Assembly: GCA_965246885.1 (NCBI GenBank)
Contig: OZ251992.1
Coordinates: 1,312,001-1,376,000, forward strand
Length of the DNA: 64,000 nucleotides
Direction: 5' to 3'
Source of the DNA: Abditibacterium sp.
GTDB taxonomy: Bacteria; Armatimonadota; Abditibacteriia; Abditibacteriales; Abditibacteriaceae
Shown: positions 36,341-46,770 of the stretch, piece after piece
Layout of the letters: every line of letters starts with the position of its first letter
Numbering within the stretch: the stretch's first letter is position 1
Position numbers and translations under genes: made by a program
The notes under the pieces: generated by a model
Told to the model about the DNA's origin: nothing
What the model saw: the letters and a program-made list of their open reading frames with translations, nothing else
Database searches by the model: none

Positions 36341-36424
36341 ATATGCGTGGGAATCGCTGGCGCATGCGTGGGAATCAGTGGCGCATGTGCGGGAATCGCT
36401 GACGCGTGTGCGGGGATCAGTGGC
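36341..36424. repeat. Tandem repeat, 4 x 21 bp (GCATGCGTGGGAATCRSTGGC-like)
   Basis: Four degenerate units in a divergent intergenic region. Confidence 0.8.
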
Positions 36425-36474
36425 GCGCGCAGGCGGATGGCCGGCGCGGGTCTCTCTTAGACTGGCAACGCATA

Positions 36475-37647
36475 ATGCAGCGTTTGCGGGTGGGGGTTAT
36501 CGGGGTGGGGAGCGCGGTGGAGTGGGCGATTCTGCCGACTTTGACGGGGCCGGATGCGCTCGCGGCGCCGGATTCGGGGGCGTGGTGGAGCCGCAGGCCG
36601 TCGCCCTCAAGCGATATTCGCTATAACCCGCCAACTTTGCCCGAAGTGGTGGCGCTGTGCGAGGGCGAGGCGGATGGTGCGAAAGTCTCGCCGCGTTTAG
36701 AAGCGCTCGCGCGCGGCGCGAAAGGGGCCGCGCTATACCCCGACGCCTTGTCCATGCTACGCGAAAGCGCCTTGGATGTGGTGTTTCTCGACAGTGAGGC
36801 AGAGCTACAACCGGCGGACTTGGTGGAACTGGTCGCGCGCGCGCCGGGAACACTGAACGGGGTGGCTTCTCCCAAGTGGGTGTGGATAGATGGCCCGCCG
36901 ACGCGCTCGTGTGCGGGCCTGAACCGCTTCGCGCGGGTGGCGGGGCTGCCGAGTCTGTGGATGGCGCACCCGCTTCGTCGCGCTCCGGCGCATCGGGCGG
37001 CGCGGCGGTTGGTGGAGCGCGACGGCATTGGAAGTGTGACGGCGGTGCAAGCGCGCTTTCCGTTTCCGCTCGACGAGGCGCGCTTTGAAGCGGTGTATGC
37101 GGCGTTTGATCTGATGCTGTCGTTCTTTGGCAACGCGCTCGCACCGCGCCAGATATGGGCGACGCGGCACGGCGACGGCGCGACGCAGGTGCTGCTCCTG
37201 TTGGGGGGCGGCGCGCATATCAGCGCGCTGTTTGGTGCCGCCGATACGTGGAACTCGCCGCTACCGCGCTTGGAAGCGTGCGGAACGCAGGGTCGCTTTT
37301 TGGTGTGCGAGGCGGGGCGCACGCTCACGCACTACGTGCCCCGCGAAGGCGCCCGCACCTTTGAGCCGCCGGGGTTGGCGCCGCACGTATCGGGCGCGAA
37401 CCTGAGCGGCTACGGCGAGGACATCAAGGCGTTTTTAAGCGTGTGCGCGGACAATCCGGCGCCGCTCAACGCCGAGCGCGCCCTCGACGATGCCGCGCGC
37501 GCCTTGTCGGTGGTCGAAGCGGCGTTTCTGTCGCTCGTGGAGCACCGCCCCGTCACGGTCGAGCCGCGCGGCGTGCGCTATAACGCCGAGCTATTGCAAG
37601 CCGAGCCGGAGCTACCCGCGCGCAACTTGACCTTGGAGTTGGTGTAA
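36475..37647 (+). CDS. Divergent Gfo/Idh/MocA-like oxidoreductase
   Basis: LRVGVIGVG Rossmann start; EKP motif degenerate (IDGPP). Confidence 0.65.
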   Translation: MQRLRVGVIGVGSAVEWAILPTLTGPDALAAPDSGAWWSRRPSPSSDIRYNPPTLPEVVALCEGEADGAKVSPRLEALARGAKGAALYPDALSMLRESALDVVFLDSEAELQPADLVELVARAPGTLNGVASPKWVWIDGPPTRSCAGLNRFARVAGLPSLWMAHPLRRAPAHRAARRLVERDGIGSVTAVQARFPFPLDEARFEAVYAAFDLMLSFFGNALAPRQIWATRHGDGATQVLLLLGGGAHISALFGAADTWNSPLPRLEACGTQGRFLVCEAGRTLTHYVPREGARTFEPPGLAPHVSGANLSGYGEDIKAFLSVCADNPAPLNAERALDDAARALSVVEAAFLSLVEHRPVTVEPRGVRYNAELLQAEPELPARNLTLELV

Positions 37648-37653
37648 ACGCCC

Positions 37654-38409
37654 ATGAACTTTCCGACGCTGTTTCAAAACCCATCCGGTTCCCCGACGCT
37701 GGTTTGTCTGCCGTATTTCGGCGGGTCGGCGCGCTCGTTTGGGGCGCTGTGGCCCCTCCTTCCGGCGTCGTGGGGGTTGCGGGCGTACACGATGGAAGGC
37801 ATCGGGATGGAGAACGGCGTTTATTCGTTGGACGCGGCGTTCGAGCAACTATCCCTCGCGCTACGGCGGGACATAACGGGGCCGTTTCATCTGCTCGGTC
37901 ATTCGATGGGCGGCAAGCTGGCACTGGGCATGGCGGCGTTGGGGGTGCCCAACTTGGAAAGCGTGCTCTTGGTGGCGCCGTCGCCGCCTTCGCCGGAACC
38001 GATGAGCGACGCCGCGCGATCGGGGATGGTGGCGCGGCACGGCACGCGGGCGGGGGCGTTGGAAACGGTTCGCCTCGCGTCGCACCGGCCATTGCCGCCA
38101 GAACTGCTGGAAATCGCGGTCGAAGACGACCTCGCCACATCGGAAACGGACTGGGTGAACTGGTTGGATGTCGGCGCGAGCGCCGACTACTCGACGCTTT
38201 TGGAGCGGGTGCAGGTTCCCTTGCGCATAGCGGTGGGCGCCCGCGACGACGGCATGACGGCGCGCCTGATGGAGGAAACGATCATCGCGCCACTGCGGGC
38301 CTTTAACGGCGCGCAAACGCCGCTCGAAATCATCCCGGACGCGGGGCACCTGCTACCGATGGAAGCGCCGCACGAACTAAACGATTGGCTGCGCGCGTGG
38401 GTGTCCTAA
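37654..38409 (+). CDS. Alpha/beta hydrolase
   Basis: GHSMGG nucleophile elbow, AGHLLPMEAP. Confidence 0.9.
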   Translation: MNFPTLFQNPSGSPTLVCLPYFGGSARSFGALWPLLPASWGLRAYTMEGIGMENGVYSLDAAFEQLSLALRRDITGPFHLLGHSMGGKLALGMAALGVPNLESVLLVAPSPPSPEPMSDAARSGMVARHGTRAGALETVRLASHRPLPPELLEIAVEDDLATSETDWVNWLDVGASADYSTLLERVQVPLRIAVGARDDGMTARLMEETIIAPLRAFNGAQTPLEIIPDAGHLLPMEAPHELNDWLRAWVS

Positions 38410-38577
38410 TGATAGTTACCGATAACGGGTGCAGAAGCGCCGCAGAAAATTCAAGAGCGGGAGCGGGAAGTGGTAGAATGGGAAGCACCGATTTGCTATT
38501 CGACTTCGCATAGCAAAGCACCTAACGCCACACTCCGCGCTTTTTCGGAAGCGCACATCGCTGCTTTTCCTGCTGTT

Positions 38578-39840
38578 ATGCCCACCGTTTCACCGGTCGT
38601 TGCGCCGCCGCATCCCGTTGCTTCTTCCACTTCTTCGCCCCGCCGTTTGATTCCACCGTTGGGCCGTTTGCGCGACCTCGAACTGGAGCGGGCGCACGCC
38701 GCCGCCCGCCGACGTGCCCGCAAACGACAACGCCAGAGTTTGATGCTCCGCTTGGGCTTGGCGGCCTGTCTCGCCCTGCCGTCATTGTGGCTGGGCGCTA
38801 AGGCTTGGAGCCAAAGTGCGGGTTGGCCGCGCGGCGCGGGGTTTTCGCTCGCCGCCCCCGTGGGACGCGCGCCCGTTTATGCGGGGGCGGGGAAGTGGCT
38901 GTTTGCGGGCGCCGATGGGGGAGTGTGGCGCGCGGGCCAAAGCGCGGCGCCGGTTCGGTTGTGGGCATGCGCATTTCCCGCCGCGCCGCATGTTGTTCCC
39001 GTTGGCGCGGATGTCGTCGTCGCGGGCGGTGATGGCGCGCTCGTTCGCTTTGATGCCGGGGAACACGTTCAATGGAGCGCACACACTGGGCGGACGATGG
39101 CGGCGCGGCCCGTTGTGTGCGCCGATGGGGCGCAGAGCCTCTTAGTTGGTGCCGATGATGACGGACATCTGTGGGCGCGCGACGCCGGAACGGGCAAGGA
39201 AGTGTGGGACAGGCAAGCGGGCGCTCCCGTTGGCGAGGGGTTATGCGCGACGCCTTGGGGCGTGGTGGCGCCCTTGTTGGGGGGCACTTCCGGGCGCGGC
39301 GGGTTGCGTTGCTTTGGGGTAGGGAATGGCGCCGCCCGGTGGAGCTTTCCATTTAATGGACGCGAGCGGGCGGCGGGCACGGCGACGCCACGCTTGGATG
39401 CCGCAACGAACCGCCTGTTTTGGTGCAACGACGAGGGCGCCGTCTTCGCGCTGGACGCGCGCACGGGCCGCAAGATTTGGAAAAGCTGGGCGCGTCCCGT
39501 TGGATCTTCCGCCGCGTGCGTCGTGCTACGCTCATCGCCGGTCTTGGTGGATGGAAAGGTGGTTGTCGGCGGAAGTGACGGGGTGTTGCGGGCTTACGAT
39601 GCGCGCGACGGACGGGCCGTGTGGGTGCGCAATATGGGGCAACCGCTTGCTTCGCCCCTTGGCAAAGCGCGCTGGCAAGGGCGCGCGGTGGTGGTTGTGG
39701 GGGATAACCCGGTCGTGTTAGTGGACGCGCAAAGTGGCGAAGAGGTGCGGGCGTTTGGGGCGGGCGTTGCGGCGTGGAATGGGCGGGAGTGGGCCGCGAT
39801 AGGGGCCAGTGGCGGTGGATATTTGTGGCGCGCGGATTAA
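38578..39840 (+). CDS. Membrane-anchored PQQ-like beta-propeller (BamB-like) protein
   Basis: TM helix followed by repeats A(L/R)DAxTGxxxW. Confidence 0.8.
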   Translation: MPTVSPVVAPPHPVASSTSSPRRLIPPLGRLRDLELERAHAAARRRARKRQRQSLMLRLGLAACLALPSLWLGAKAWSQSAGWPRGAGFSLAAPVGRAPVYAGAGKWLFAGADGGVWRAGQSAAPVRLWACAFPAAPHVVPVGADVVVAGGDGALVRFDAGEHVQWSAHTGRTMAARPVVCADGAQSLLVGADDDGHLWARDAGTGKEVWDRQAGAPVGEGLCATPWGVVAPLLGGTSGRGGLRCFGVGNGAARWSFPFNGRERAAGTATPRLDAATNRLFWCNDEGAVFALDARTGRKIWKSWARPVGSSAACVVLRSSPVLVDGKVVVGGSDGVLRAYDARDGRAVWVRNMGQPLASPLGKARWQGRAVVVVGDNPVVLVDAQSGEEVRAFGAGVAAWNGREWAAIGASGGGYLWRAD

Positions 39841-39912
39841 GTTTGGCGAGCGGATGTTTAAAAATCGGAGAAAGTGGGTAGAATAGCCCATCCAAAATCT
39901 TGGACAACAACG

Positions 39913-40335
39913 ATGACGGACAATTCTACCCTTTCTCGCGGCGTCGTGGTGCGGCTGTTGGCTTACGGCGCGATGGTGCGTCTCGATGACGGCACGACTG
40001 GTTTGGTTCACATTTCTGAGATAGACGAGAAGTTCGTCGCCAGCGTCGGCGACTACCTCGCCGTCGGCACGCGCGTCGTGGTCAAGACCATCGCGGTCAA
40101 GGACGACGGCAAAGTTGAGTTTTCCATCAAGCGCGCCAAAGGCGGGGCGCCCTGCGAGGAACCCATCGAAGAGTTCGGCGCGCAGGAGCCGATGTTCCAA
40201 GACCCCGCCCCCGTCGTGCGCACGGGTCGCGCCGCCTTGGACGAAAAGCTGCGCGAGTTTATGGCCGATTCGACAGAACGCTTGGGCGATGTGCGCCGCC
40301 ACAACGAAACCAAGTTAGGATTGAAACGCCGGTAG
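39913..40335 (+). CDS. S1 RNA-binding domain protein (YabR-like)
   Basis: YGAMV...GLVHISEI...FSIKRA; EKLREFMADSTERL. Confidence 0.88.
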   Translation: MTDNSTLSRGVVVRLLAYGAMVRLDDGTTGLVHISEIDEKFVASVGDYLAVGTRVVVKTIAVKDDGKVEFSIKRAKGGAPCEEPIEEFGAQEPMFQDPAPVVRTGRAALDEKLREFMADSTERLGDVRRHNETKLGLKRR

Positions 40336-40343
40336 CCCTTGGA

Positions 40344-40445
40344 AGCGGCTAAAGTCGCAGCCATCGGAACTGTCGGCCTTCGCCGACAGGGTGCCTTCTT
40401 GGTCAACGAAGGTTGACGTTCTTGCTGGCTACGACTTCAGTCGCT
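40344..40445. repeat. REPIN family B-related element
   Basis: AGCGGCTAAAGTCGCAGCCA...GTCGGCCTTCGCCGA...GTCAACGAAGGTTGACG...TGGCTACGACTTCAGTCGCT; an inverted homolog lies at 49198-49300. Confidence 0.75.
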
Positions 40446-40479
40446 CTCCACGGCGGGCAATGGGTAAAATAAGGGTTTC

Positions 40480-42489
40480 ATGTCGAACCCAACCGTTCCG
40501 CCGCTTCGCTGGGGGATTTTGTCTACGGGCGCTATCGCCCGCACTTTTGCTACCGATCTGCCGCACTCCCAAAGCGGCACCCTCCTCGCTGTCGCTTCGC
40601 GCACGGATGAAGGCGCCGCCCGCTTTGCCGCCGAAGTGGGCGCCCCCAAGTCGTACGGCACTTACGAGGCGCTACTCGCCGACCCCGAAGTGGACGCGGT
40701 GTATATCGCCACGCCGCACCCGCTCCACTTGGAGTGGGTCATCAAAGCGGCGGATGCGGGCAAGCACATTCTGTGCGAAAAGCCGCTTACGCTCAACTCC
40801 CCCGAAGCCGCGCGCGCCGTCGAAGCCGCACGCCGCAACAACGTGCGCTTGCTGGAAGCGTTCATGTATCGCTGCCACCCGCAAACCGCGCGCGTGGTGG
40901 AGTTGGTCACGTCCGGCGCTTTGGGAACGGTAAAGGCCCTTGAAGCGACGTTCTCCTTCGGCGCGGGCTTTGACCCCCAATCGCGTTTGTTCAACCTCGA
41001 ACTGGGCGGCGGCGGCATCTTGGATGTCGGTTGCTACGTGGCGTCCTTCGTTCGCTTGGTCGCGGGCGCCGCGCTTGGCAAGCCGTTCGCCGAGCCGCTC
41101 GAACTCAAAGCGGTGGGCACCTTGGCGCCGTCGGGCGCCGACGCTTACACCGTCGCCGTCGCGCGCTTCGAGAACGGCATCGTCGCGCAGTTGCACACCG
41201 GCGTCAGCTTAAACGGCGGCGGCTTTTGCCGCGTCATCGGCGATAAAGCGACGCTGCGCGTGCCGTCCCCTTGGTTTTGCTCTCCCGTCGAAGGGCGCGA
41301 CGAAACGCTGCTGGTGTTGGAGCAAGACGGCAAGGCCGAGGACATCTACATTCCCTTCGACCGCCCCTTGTACGCCTACGAAGCCGACGCGCTTGCTCAG
41401 TTCGTGGCGACGGGTGAAGTGCCGCGCCCCGCGATGGGGCCGGACGATGCTCTTGGCAACATGCGCTTGCTCGATGAGTGGCGCTTGCAAGTGGGCGTCA
41501 CCTACCCCAACGAGCGCGGCGAGAAGCCCTCCCCCGTCAAAGCGCGGCCCGGCTCCAAAATGCGCTTCCGCGAACTGCCGAATGTGGTGGACAAAGCGGG
41601 CGCTCCGAAGAAGGTGTCGCAAATCGTGATGGGCACCATGCTCGAAGGCGCCATCGAGCAGTATTCGCACGCGATGGCGCTCTTCGATGACTTCATCGAG
41701 CGCGGCGGGACGTGCTTCGACACGGCCTACGTTTACGGGACGGAAGCGGTCGTGGGGCGCTGGCTCGCGTCGCGCGGCGTGCGCGACGACGTGACGCTCA
41801 TTGTCAAAGGCGCGCATCCGCCGCACTGCACCCCCGACGGCTTTAAGCGCGAACTGGACGAATCGCTCGACCGCTTGGGCATCGCGCGCGGCGACATTTA
41901 CATGCTGCACCGCGATAATACCGACATCCCCATCGGCGAGTGGATCGAAGCGCTCAACGAAGGGCTGCGCGCCGGGTTGTATGGCGCTTACGGCGGCTCC
42001 AACTGGAGCATCGCGCGCATCCAAGCGGGCAACGCTTACGCCGCCCAAAAGGGGTTGCAAGGCTTTGCGGGCGCCTCGAACAACTTCTCTCTCGCTCGCA
42101 TGGTCAGCCCCGTGTGGGACGGCTGCATCTCGTCGTCCGATGCCGCTTCGCGCGCGTGGTTCGAGCAAACCCAAACCGCGCTGTTTTCGTGGAGTAGCCA
42201 AGCGCGCGGCTTTTTCGCGCGCGCCGACAAGAGTTTCACGGCAGACGAAGAACTCGTGCGCTGCTGGTATGGCGACGACAACTTCGCCCGCTTGGAGCGT
42301 GCCAAGGAGTTGGCCGCCAAGCGCGGCGTGTCGCCCGTCGTAGTCGCGGCGGCATATGTCCTCGCCCAACCGTTTCCCATCTTCGCGCTGATTGGCCCGC
42401 GCGCGCTGAGCGAGACGCGCGACTCTTTCGAGGCGCTCGACATGGAACTGTCTCCACAAGAGTTGCGCTGGCTGAACTTGGAGGATTAG
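40480..42489 (+). CDS. Fusion of Gfo/Idh/MocA oxidoreductase and aldo/keto reductase
   Basis: WGILSTGAIA, GKHILCEKP, GGGILDVGCY; then FDTAYVY, YMLHRD, GGSNW. Confidence 0.9.
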   Translation: MSNPTVPPLRWGILSTGAIARTFATDLPHSQSGTLLAVASRTDEGAARFAAEVGAPKSYGTYEALLADPEVDAVYIATPHPLHLEWVIKAADAGKHILCEKPLTLNSPEAARAVEAARRNNVRLLEAFMYRCHPQTARVVELVTSGALGTVKALEATFSFGAGFDPQSRLFNLELGGGGILDVGCYVASFVRLVAGAALGKPFAEPLELKAVGTLAPSGADAYTVAVARFENGIVAQLHTGVSLNGGGFCRVIGDKATLRVPSPWFCSPVEGRDETLLVLEQDGKAEDIYIPFDRPLYAYEADALAQFVATGEVPRPAMGPDDALGNMRLLDEWRLQVGVTYPNERGEKPSPVKARPGSKMRFRELPNVVDKAGAPKKVSQIVMGTMLEGAIEQYSHAMALFDDFIERGGTCFDTAYVYGTEAVVGRWLASRGVRDDVTLIVKGAHPPHCTPDGFKRELDESLDRLGIARGDIYMLHRDNTDIPIGEWIEALNEGLRAGLYGAYGGSNWSIARIQAGNAYAAQKGLQGFAGASNNFSLARMVSPVWDGCISSSDAASRAWFEQTQTALFSWSSQARGFFARADKSFTADEELVRCWYGDDNFARLERAKELAAKRGVSPVVVAAAYVLAQPFPIFALIGPRALSETRDSFEALDMELSPQELRWLNLED

Positions 42490-43349
42490 CGGCCCCACAC
42501 GCCCTCGAAGACGATTTGGGCGGGGCCGGTCTTCCAGATTCCGCCGCTCGCTTCGTCCCATTCGATTTCGAGGGTGCCGCCTTTGGAAACCACTTCGACG
42601 CTTCCGGTTGCGCGCCCCGTAACGCGGGCGGCGACGGCGACGGCGCAGGCACCCGTGCCGCACGCGAGAGTTTCTCCGGCGCCGCGCTCCCAAATGCGCA
42701 CGCCAAAGCGGTTGGGCGCGAGGGGGTGCGCCCACATGACGGAAGTGCGGTCGGGGAACATCGGCGCGAGTTCCAAGCGGGGACTCCACGCTTGGAACGC
42801 GGCGTCCGTAACGGGCGCGTTGGAAAAAAGCACGGTGTGCGTCGAGCCGGTGGACAGGGCGGTCGCGTGCTCGAAGGTGTGGCCGTCGAGTTCGATAGTG
42901 CCCTCGATGAGCGGCGCGGCGCGGTCAAGGGGCACAAGAGCGGGCGCGAACTGGGGGGCGCCCATCGCCACGCGGATGAACTCGCTGGGTAGAATCTGCA
43001 CTTCCCGCGCGCCCGATAGGGTCTGGACGAAAAAGTGGCGCCCGACATCCCCGTGTAAAAATGCGAGGTAGGCCACGCAGCGCAAACCGTTGCCGCACAT
43101 ATCTTCGCTGCCGTCGGGGTTCCACATGCGCATGCGGACGGCGCTGGTGCCGTCCATTGCGCGCTCCAAAGAAAGCACGCCATCGGCGCCCACGTCAAAG
43201 TGCCGCGCGCACGCGGCGCGGGCGAAATGGGCGAACGGGAAATCGGTGGGGAGGGCGTGGCGCAGGAGGTCGAGGACAACGAAGTCGTTGCCGATGCCGT
43301 GCATTTTGGTGAAGGCGACGGCGCCCGAAGGCGGTTGGGAAGGGTTCAT
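42486..43349 (-). CDS. dapF: Diaminopimelate epimerase paralog (divergent)
   Basis: FTKMHGIGNDF, NPDGSEDMCGNG, WERGAGETLACGTGAC. Confidence 0.8.
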   Translation of the reverse strand: MNPSQPPSGAVAFTKMHGIGNDFVVLDLLRHALPTDFPFAHFARAACARHFDVGADGVLSLERAMDGTSAVRMRMWNPDGSEDMCGNGLRCVAYLAFLHGDVGRHFFVQTLSGAREVQILPSEFIRVAMGAPQFAPALVPLDRAAPLIEGTIELDGHTFEHATALSTGSTHTVLFSNAPVTDAAFQAWSPRLELAPMFPDRTSVMWAHPLAPNRFGVRIWERGAGETLACGTGACAVAVAARVTGRATGSVEVVSKGGTLEIEWDEASGGIWKTGPAQIVFEGVWGR

Positions 43350-43542
43350 AGTGCGGGGAAAAGTGGGCAAAATCCGGGCGCAAATGGGCCAAACGCGGGG
43401 GACACCTTGACAAGGGGCCTCCACTTCTCCGAAAATTAGGGCCTACTTCGCGCCAAAACTGGTGGTTAAACGCGGCGGCCCGTGCAACATGACGAGCCAG
43501 ACGCGCTCTAAACACGCGGGAATTGGTGTGAATAACCTTCGG

Positions 43543-45813
43543 ATGTCCTTCGCCACTTTGACGCGCTCCCGGATCAGTTTCCGGCACGAAGCGCCTTGGA
43601 TGCGCCTGACGGCGCGCGCCCTCCTCGCCGGATGGCTGTTGCCCATGCTGTTCGCCCTGCTTTCAACGCTGGGTGTAGGTGTCCAACCGGCCCTCGCGCA
43701 GGACGCGGGCGGCCAAACCGTCGTCGTCCTCGATTTCGCCACGCCCAACGGCGTTGACCCACTTCTGGGCCGCAAAGCCGCCGACGCGCTCGCGGTCGAA
43801 TTGCAGCGTACCGGCGAATACACCGTCGTTACCCGCCAAGACTTGCAAAAAGCCGTTGGCCAACAAGCCGGATTGCAGCCGCCCTTCAACGACACCGCCC
43901 AAGTCCGCTTGGCGCAGGCCGTCGGTGCCAGTAGCGTCTTTTCGGGCGAAGTGGCGAACGTCAATGTCGTCCCCGGCCAAAGTGCCCGCGTGCGCCTCAT
44001 CGTGCGCCAACTCGACCAACTCACCGGCGACTACATCAACGGCACCCAGAACATCGAAAGCACCGAGCAAAAGCTCACGACGGTCGCCAACGAAATCTTG
44101 GTGGACGAAGCCATCAACAAAGCCGCGTTCTCGGCGGTGCGCTCGATGCGTCAAACCGCGCTTCCCACTGGCGCCGTCCTCAACACCACGCGCGACGACA
44201 TGGAACTTTCCATCGGTACCCGCGAAGGCGTGAGCGTTGGCCAACGTTACACCATCTTGCGCGACGTCTATAACGCCGCCCGCAACGTGACCGAGCGCGT
44301 CAAAATCGGTGAAGTGACCATCCGCCGCGTTGAGGCCGATCAATCCACCGCCGTCCTCAGCGCGGGCGGGCCGCAAGGCGTGCGCACCGGCGACCGCGTT
44401 CGCCAAATCTTCGTGGCCTCCCAAGCGCCCGTTTCGACTTCCAACGGCACCGGCTCCAGCAGTCCCGTTACCGCCAAGCCCGCGCGCGTCACCAGTGGAG
44501 ACCGGGGCATCGCCAAAAGTGGGGCCGCCAAGGGCTTGCTCGGTATTGGCGCCCTCATCGCGTTAATTGGCATCGCCGGTTTCGCTTCGGGCGGCAGCAA
44601 CTCCGCGCCCAGCGTCGGCCAACCGTTCGAGTCCAATCCCTACGGCGCCGCGCCGACTGCCGCGCTCACCTTCAACTCGACCACCACCGACGTGGTGGGC
44701 TACCTCGTTTTTCGCGGTACCAATCCCAACTTCGCGCCCGCAATTCAGAACTTGCAGTCGTTCCTCGACGCGCGCTCGCAGAGCGCCGGACGCACCATCA
44801 CCTACTCCGACCCGCTCATCACCTCGGCGATCTCGTTGCGCCAAAAGGTCGTCATCACCGCCAACAACAATGGCAATACGAACAATAACAACGGCAATGG
44901 CAACAACAACGGGAACACTGGCAATAGCTCGTTCGTCTCGGTGACTTTCACCAACGCCGCTTCCACTGGCACCGACAACCAAGACATCCAGCAACAAACC
45001 GCCACGCTCGAATACACGCAGCGCCCTCTTGAAATCGGCACCACCTACTACTACAAGATAGGCCGCATCAACTCCGTCAAGACCACCACCACGAACAATA
45101 ACAACAACAACGGGAACAACAACAACGGGAACAATAACAACGGGAACAATAACAACGGGAACAACACCGGCACCACGACGACCGTCACCATCAACCTGAC
45201 CCAGACTCCCGCTTCCGAAGCCACCGGGGGATACACGCCGCTTCTGCGCCCGCTCATCATTGCCAGTTCGACCAACCCGGCGTACAACTTGAGCAACTTC
45301 TCCGTTCGCCTCAACGCGCAGGCCGACATCAACCAACTCACCTCCAACCTCAACTACTCGTTCCCGATCAACTCGAACGCTGCGACGGGCGCGGACATTC
45401 TTCGTGTGCAAGTCTCGACATCGAGCAACTTCTCCGATGCCAGCACCTTCACTTCGGCGGACACCGCGCCCCCGGCGCCCAACGGAACCGGCGACGTCGT
45501 GCTCGACTTCGGGCGCATCCAAATCCCCGGCACGACTCTGGGCCAGTTCACCAACGGCACGACGCCCATCTACATTCGCGCCCAGTCGCGCCGCTCGACT
45601 GACGTGAACTCCGTGTTCCGCGTCAGCCCAACCATCACCGTGCCCGCCAGCCAAGTCACCGACTCTTCCACCGTCGTCGCGGCGGCCACGAGCGCTTCGC
45701 GCTTCTTGAGCAGTGCGCCCGCAGCTTCGGGCCTGAGCTTCGGGCGCGGCGCCGGACGCGGCACCAGCAGCGTTGGAGTGCCCAATACCCGCGTGGGTAA
45801 ACCGCGCGACTAA
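43543..45813 (+). CDS. Large exported protein with CsgG/FlgT-like N-terminus and Asn-rich low-complexity tracts
   Basis: Signal-like segment, VVVLDF...LAVELQRTGEYTVV, internal hydrophobic helix, NNNGN repeats; start codon uncertain. Confidence 0.7.
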   Translation: MSFATLTRSRISFRHEAPWMRLTARALLAGWLLPMLFALLSTLGVGVQPALAQDAGGQTVVVLDFATPNGVDPLLGRKAADALAVELQRTGEYTVVTRQDLQKAVGQQAGLQPPFNDTAQVRLAQAVGASSVFSGEVANVNVVPGQSARVRLIVRQLDQLTGDYINGTQNIESTEQKLTTVANEILVDEAINKAAFSAVRSMRQTALPTGAVLNTTRDDMELSIGTREGVSVGQRYTILRDVYNAARNVTERVKIGEVTIRRVEADQSTAVLSAGGPQGVRTGDRVRQIFVASQAPVSTSNGTGSSSPVTAKPARVTSGDRGIAKSGAAKGLLGIGALIALIGIAGFASGGSNSAPSVGQPFESNPYGAAPTAALTFNSTTTDVVGYLVFRGTNPNFAPAIQNLQSFLDARSQSAGRTITYSDPLITSAISLRQKVVITANNNGNTNNNNGNGNNNGNTGNSSFVSVTFTNAASTGTDNQDIQQQTATLEYTQRPLEIGTTYYYKIGRINSVKTTTTNNNNNNGNNNNGNNNNGNNNNGNNTGTTTTVTINLTQTPASEATGGYTPLLRPLIIASSTNPAYNLSNFSVRLNAQADINQLTSNLNYSFPINSNAATGADILRVQVSTSSNFSDASTFTSADTAPPAPNGTGDVVLDFGRIQIPGTTLGQFTNGTTPIYIRAQSRRSTDVNSVFRVSPTITVPASQVTDSSTVVAAATSASRFLSSAPAASGLSFGRGAGRGTSSVGVPNTRVGKPRD

Positions 45814-45939
45814 CGCGATGATCTCCCGGTGTCCGGCGCTTTCCTTGCGCCGGACATCGCCGTTTCGTCTTGCCCTCTTCCGTCGAGGAGGCACTTCGAG
45901 AGATACTCTAAAGCATCCCGGCGCACCGCGCCTTCTTCC

Positions 45940-46728
45940 ATGAAAACACCTCTTTTGCGACTTTGCGCCGTTGGCCTTCTTGTTTCGACCGCGTGCGCGC
46001 CCATCGCCCACGCCGCGCCGCGCAACAAGAAAGTCACGAGCCTTGAAATCTGGCCGGGGCGCCGCACGCTCATCGTGTTGCCTCTTTCGGTCGCTACCGG
46101 GTTCGTCGAGGGCGATGGCAGTGGGAGCGATGCCCTTGGCCGTGCGCTCGTGCCGGTTATCACGCCCCAACTATCGAACGCTTTGGCGGCCACCCGCAAG
46201 TTCTCCATCACGCGGCCCTACAAATTCGATCCGCTCCTTATCCGCGCCATCGCGGACAAGAGCCTCACCCAAGACGACGCTAACACCTTTATCGAGAACC
46301 CCTCCCTGTCTGTCTCGCAGAACGTGCTCACGCAACTGGGCCTCGATCAACCCGGCACCGTTGCGCAACTCACCCTGCAAACCCTGCGCGTCGGTGGCAC
46401 TAAGGCCGCGCCAACCGTGCAACTGACCGTGCACGGCGATTTGTATGAAGCCAGTGGGACGCAACCGCTTCGCTCCATTACCGTCACCAGCAGGCCCTTC
46501 GCGGGCCGGACGCCCGACGAGCGGTTGCGCAGCGCCGCCGATCAAGTCTTTACCGACATCGCCAACGCCTTCGTCGAACCGCCCTCCGAGTTCCAATTGC
46601 CCGCGCCCGGCCCCGCCATCCCCGTGAAAACAACCGGAGCCGCCCCCACCCAAACGGCGCCCATCGCGCCCGGTTCGCCCGCGCCCGGAAATGGCAACGC
46701 CCCGGCCTCGCCCCAAGTCGCCGGGTAA
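45940..46728 (+). CDS. Exported hypothetical protein
   Basis: Signal peptide ending AHA; Pro-rich tail; typical codon usage. Confidence 0.7.
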   Translation: MKTPLLRLCAVGLLVSTACAPIAHAAPRNKKVTSLEIWPGRRTLIVLPLSVATGFVEGDGSGSDALGRALVPVITPQLSNALAATRKFSITRPYKFDPLLIRAIADKSLTQDDANTFIENPSLSVSQNVLTQLGLDQPGTVAQLTLQTLRVGGTKAAPTVQLTVHGDLYEASGTQPLRSITVTSRPFAGRTPDERLRSAADQVFTDIANAFVEPPSEFQLPAPGPAIPVKTTGAAPTQTAPIAPGSPAPGNGNAPASPQVAG

Positions 46729-46770
46729 ACTTTCTTCGTAACTACCAGCGTACTTCATCCCGCTTCGCTT

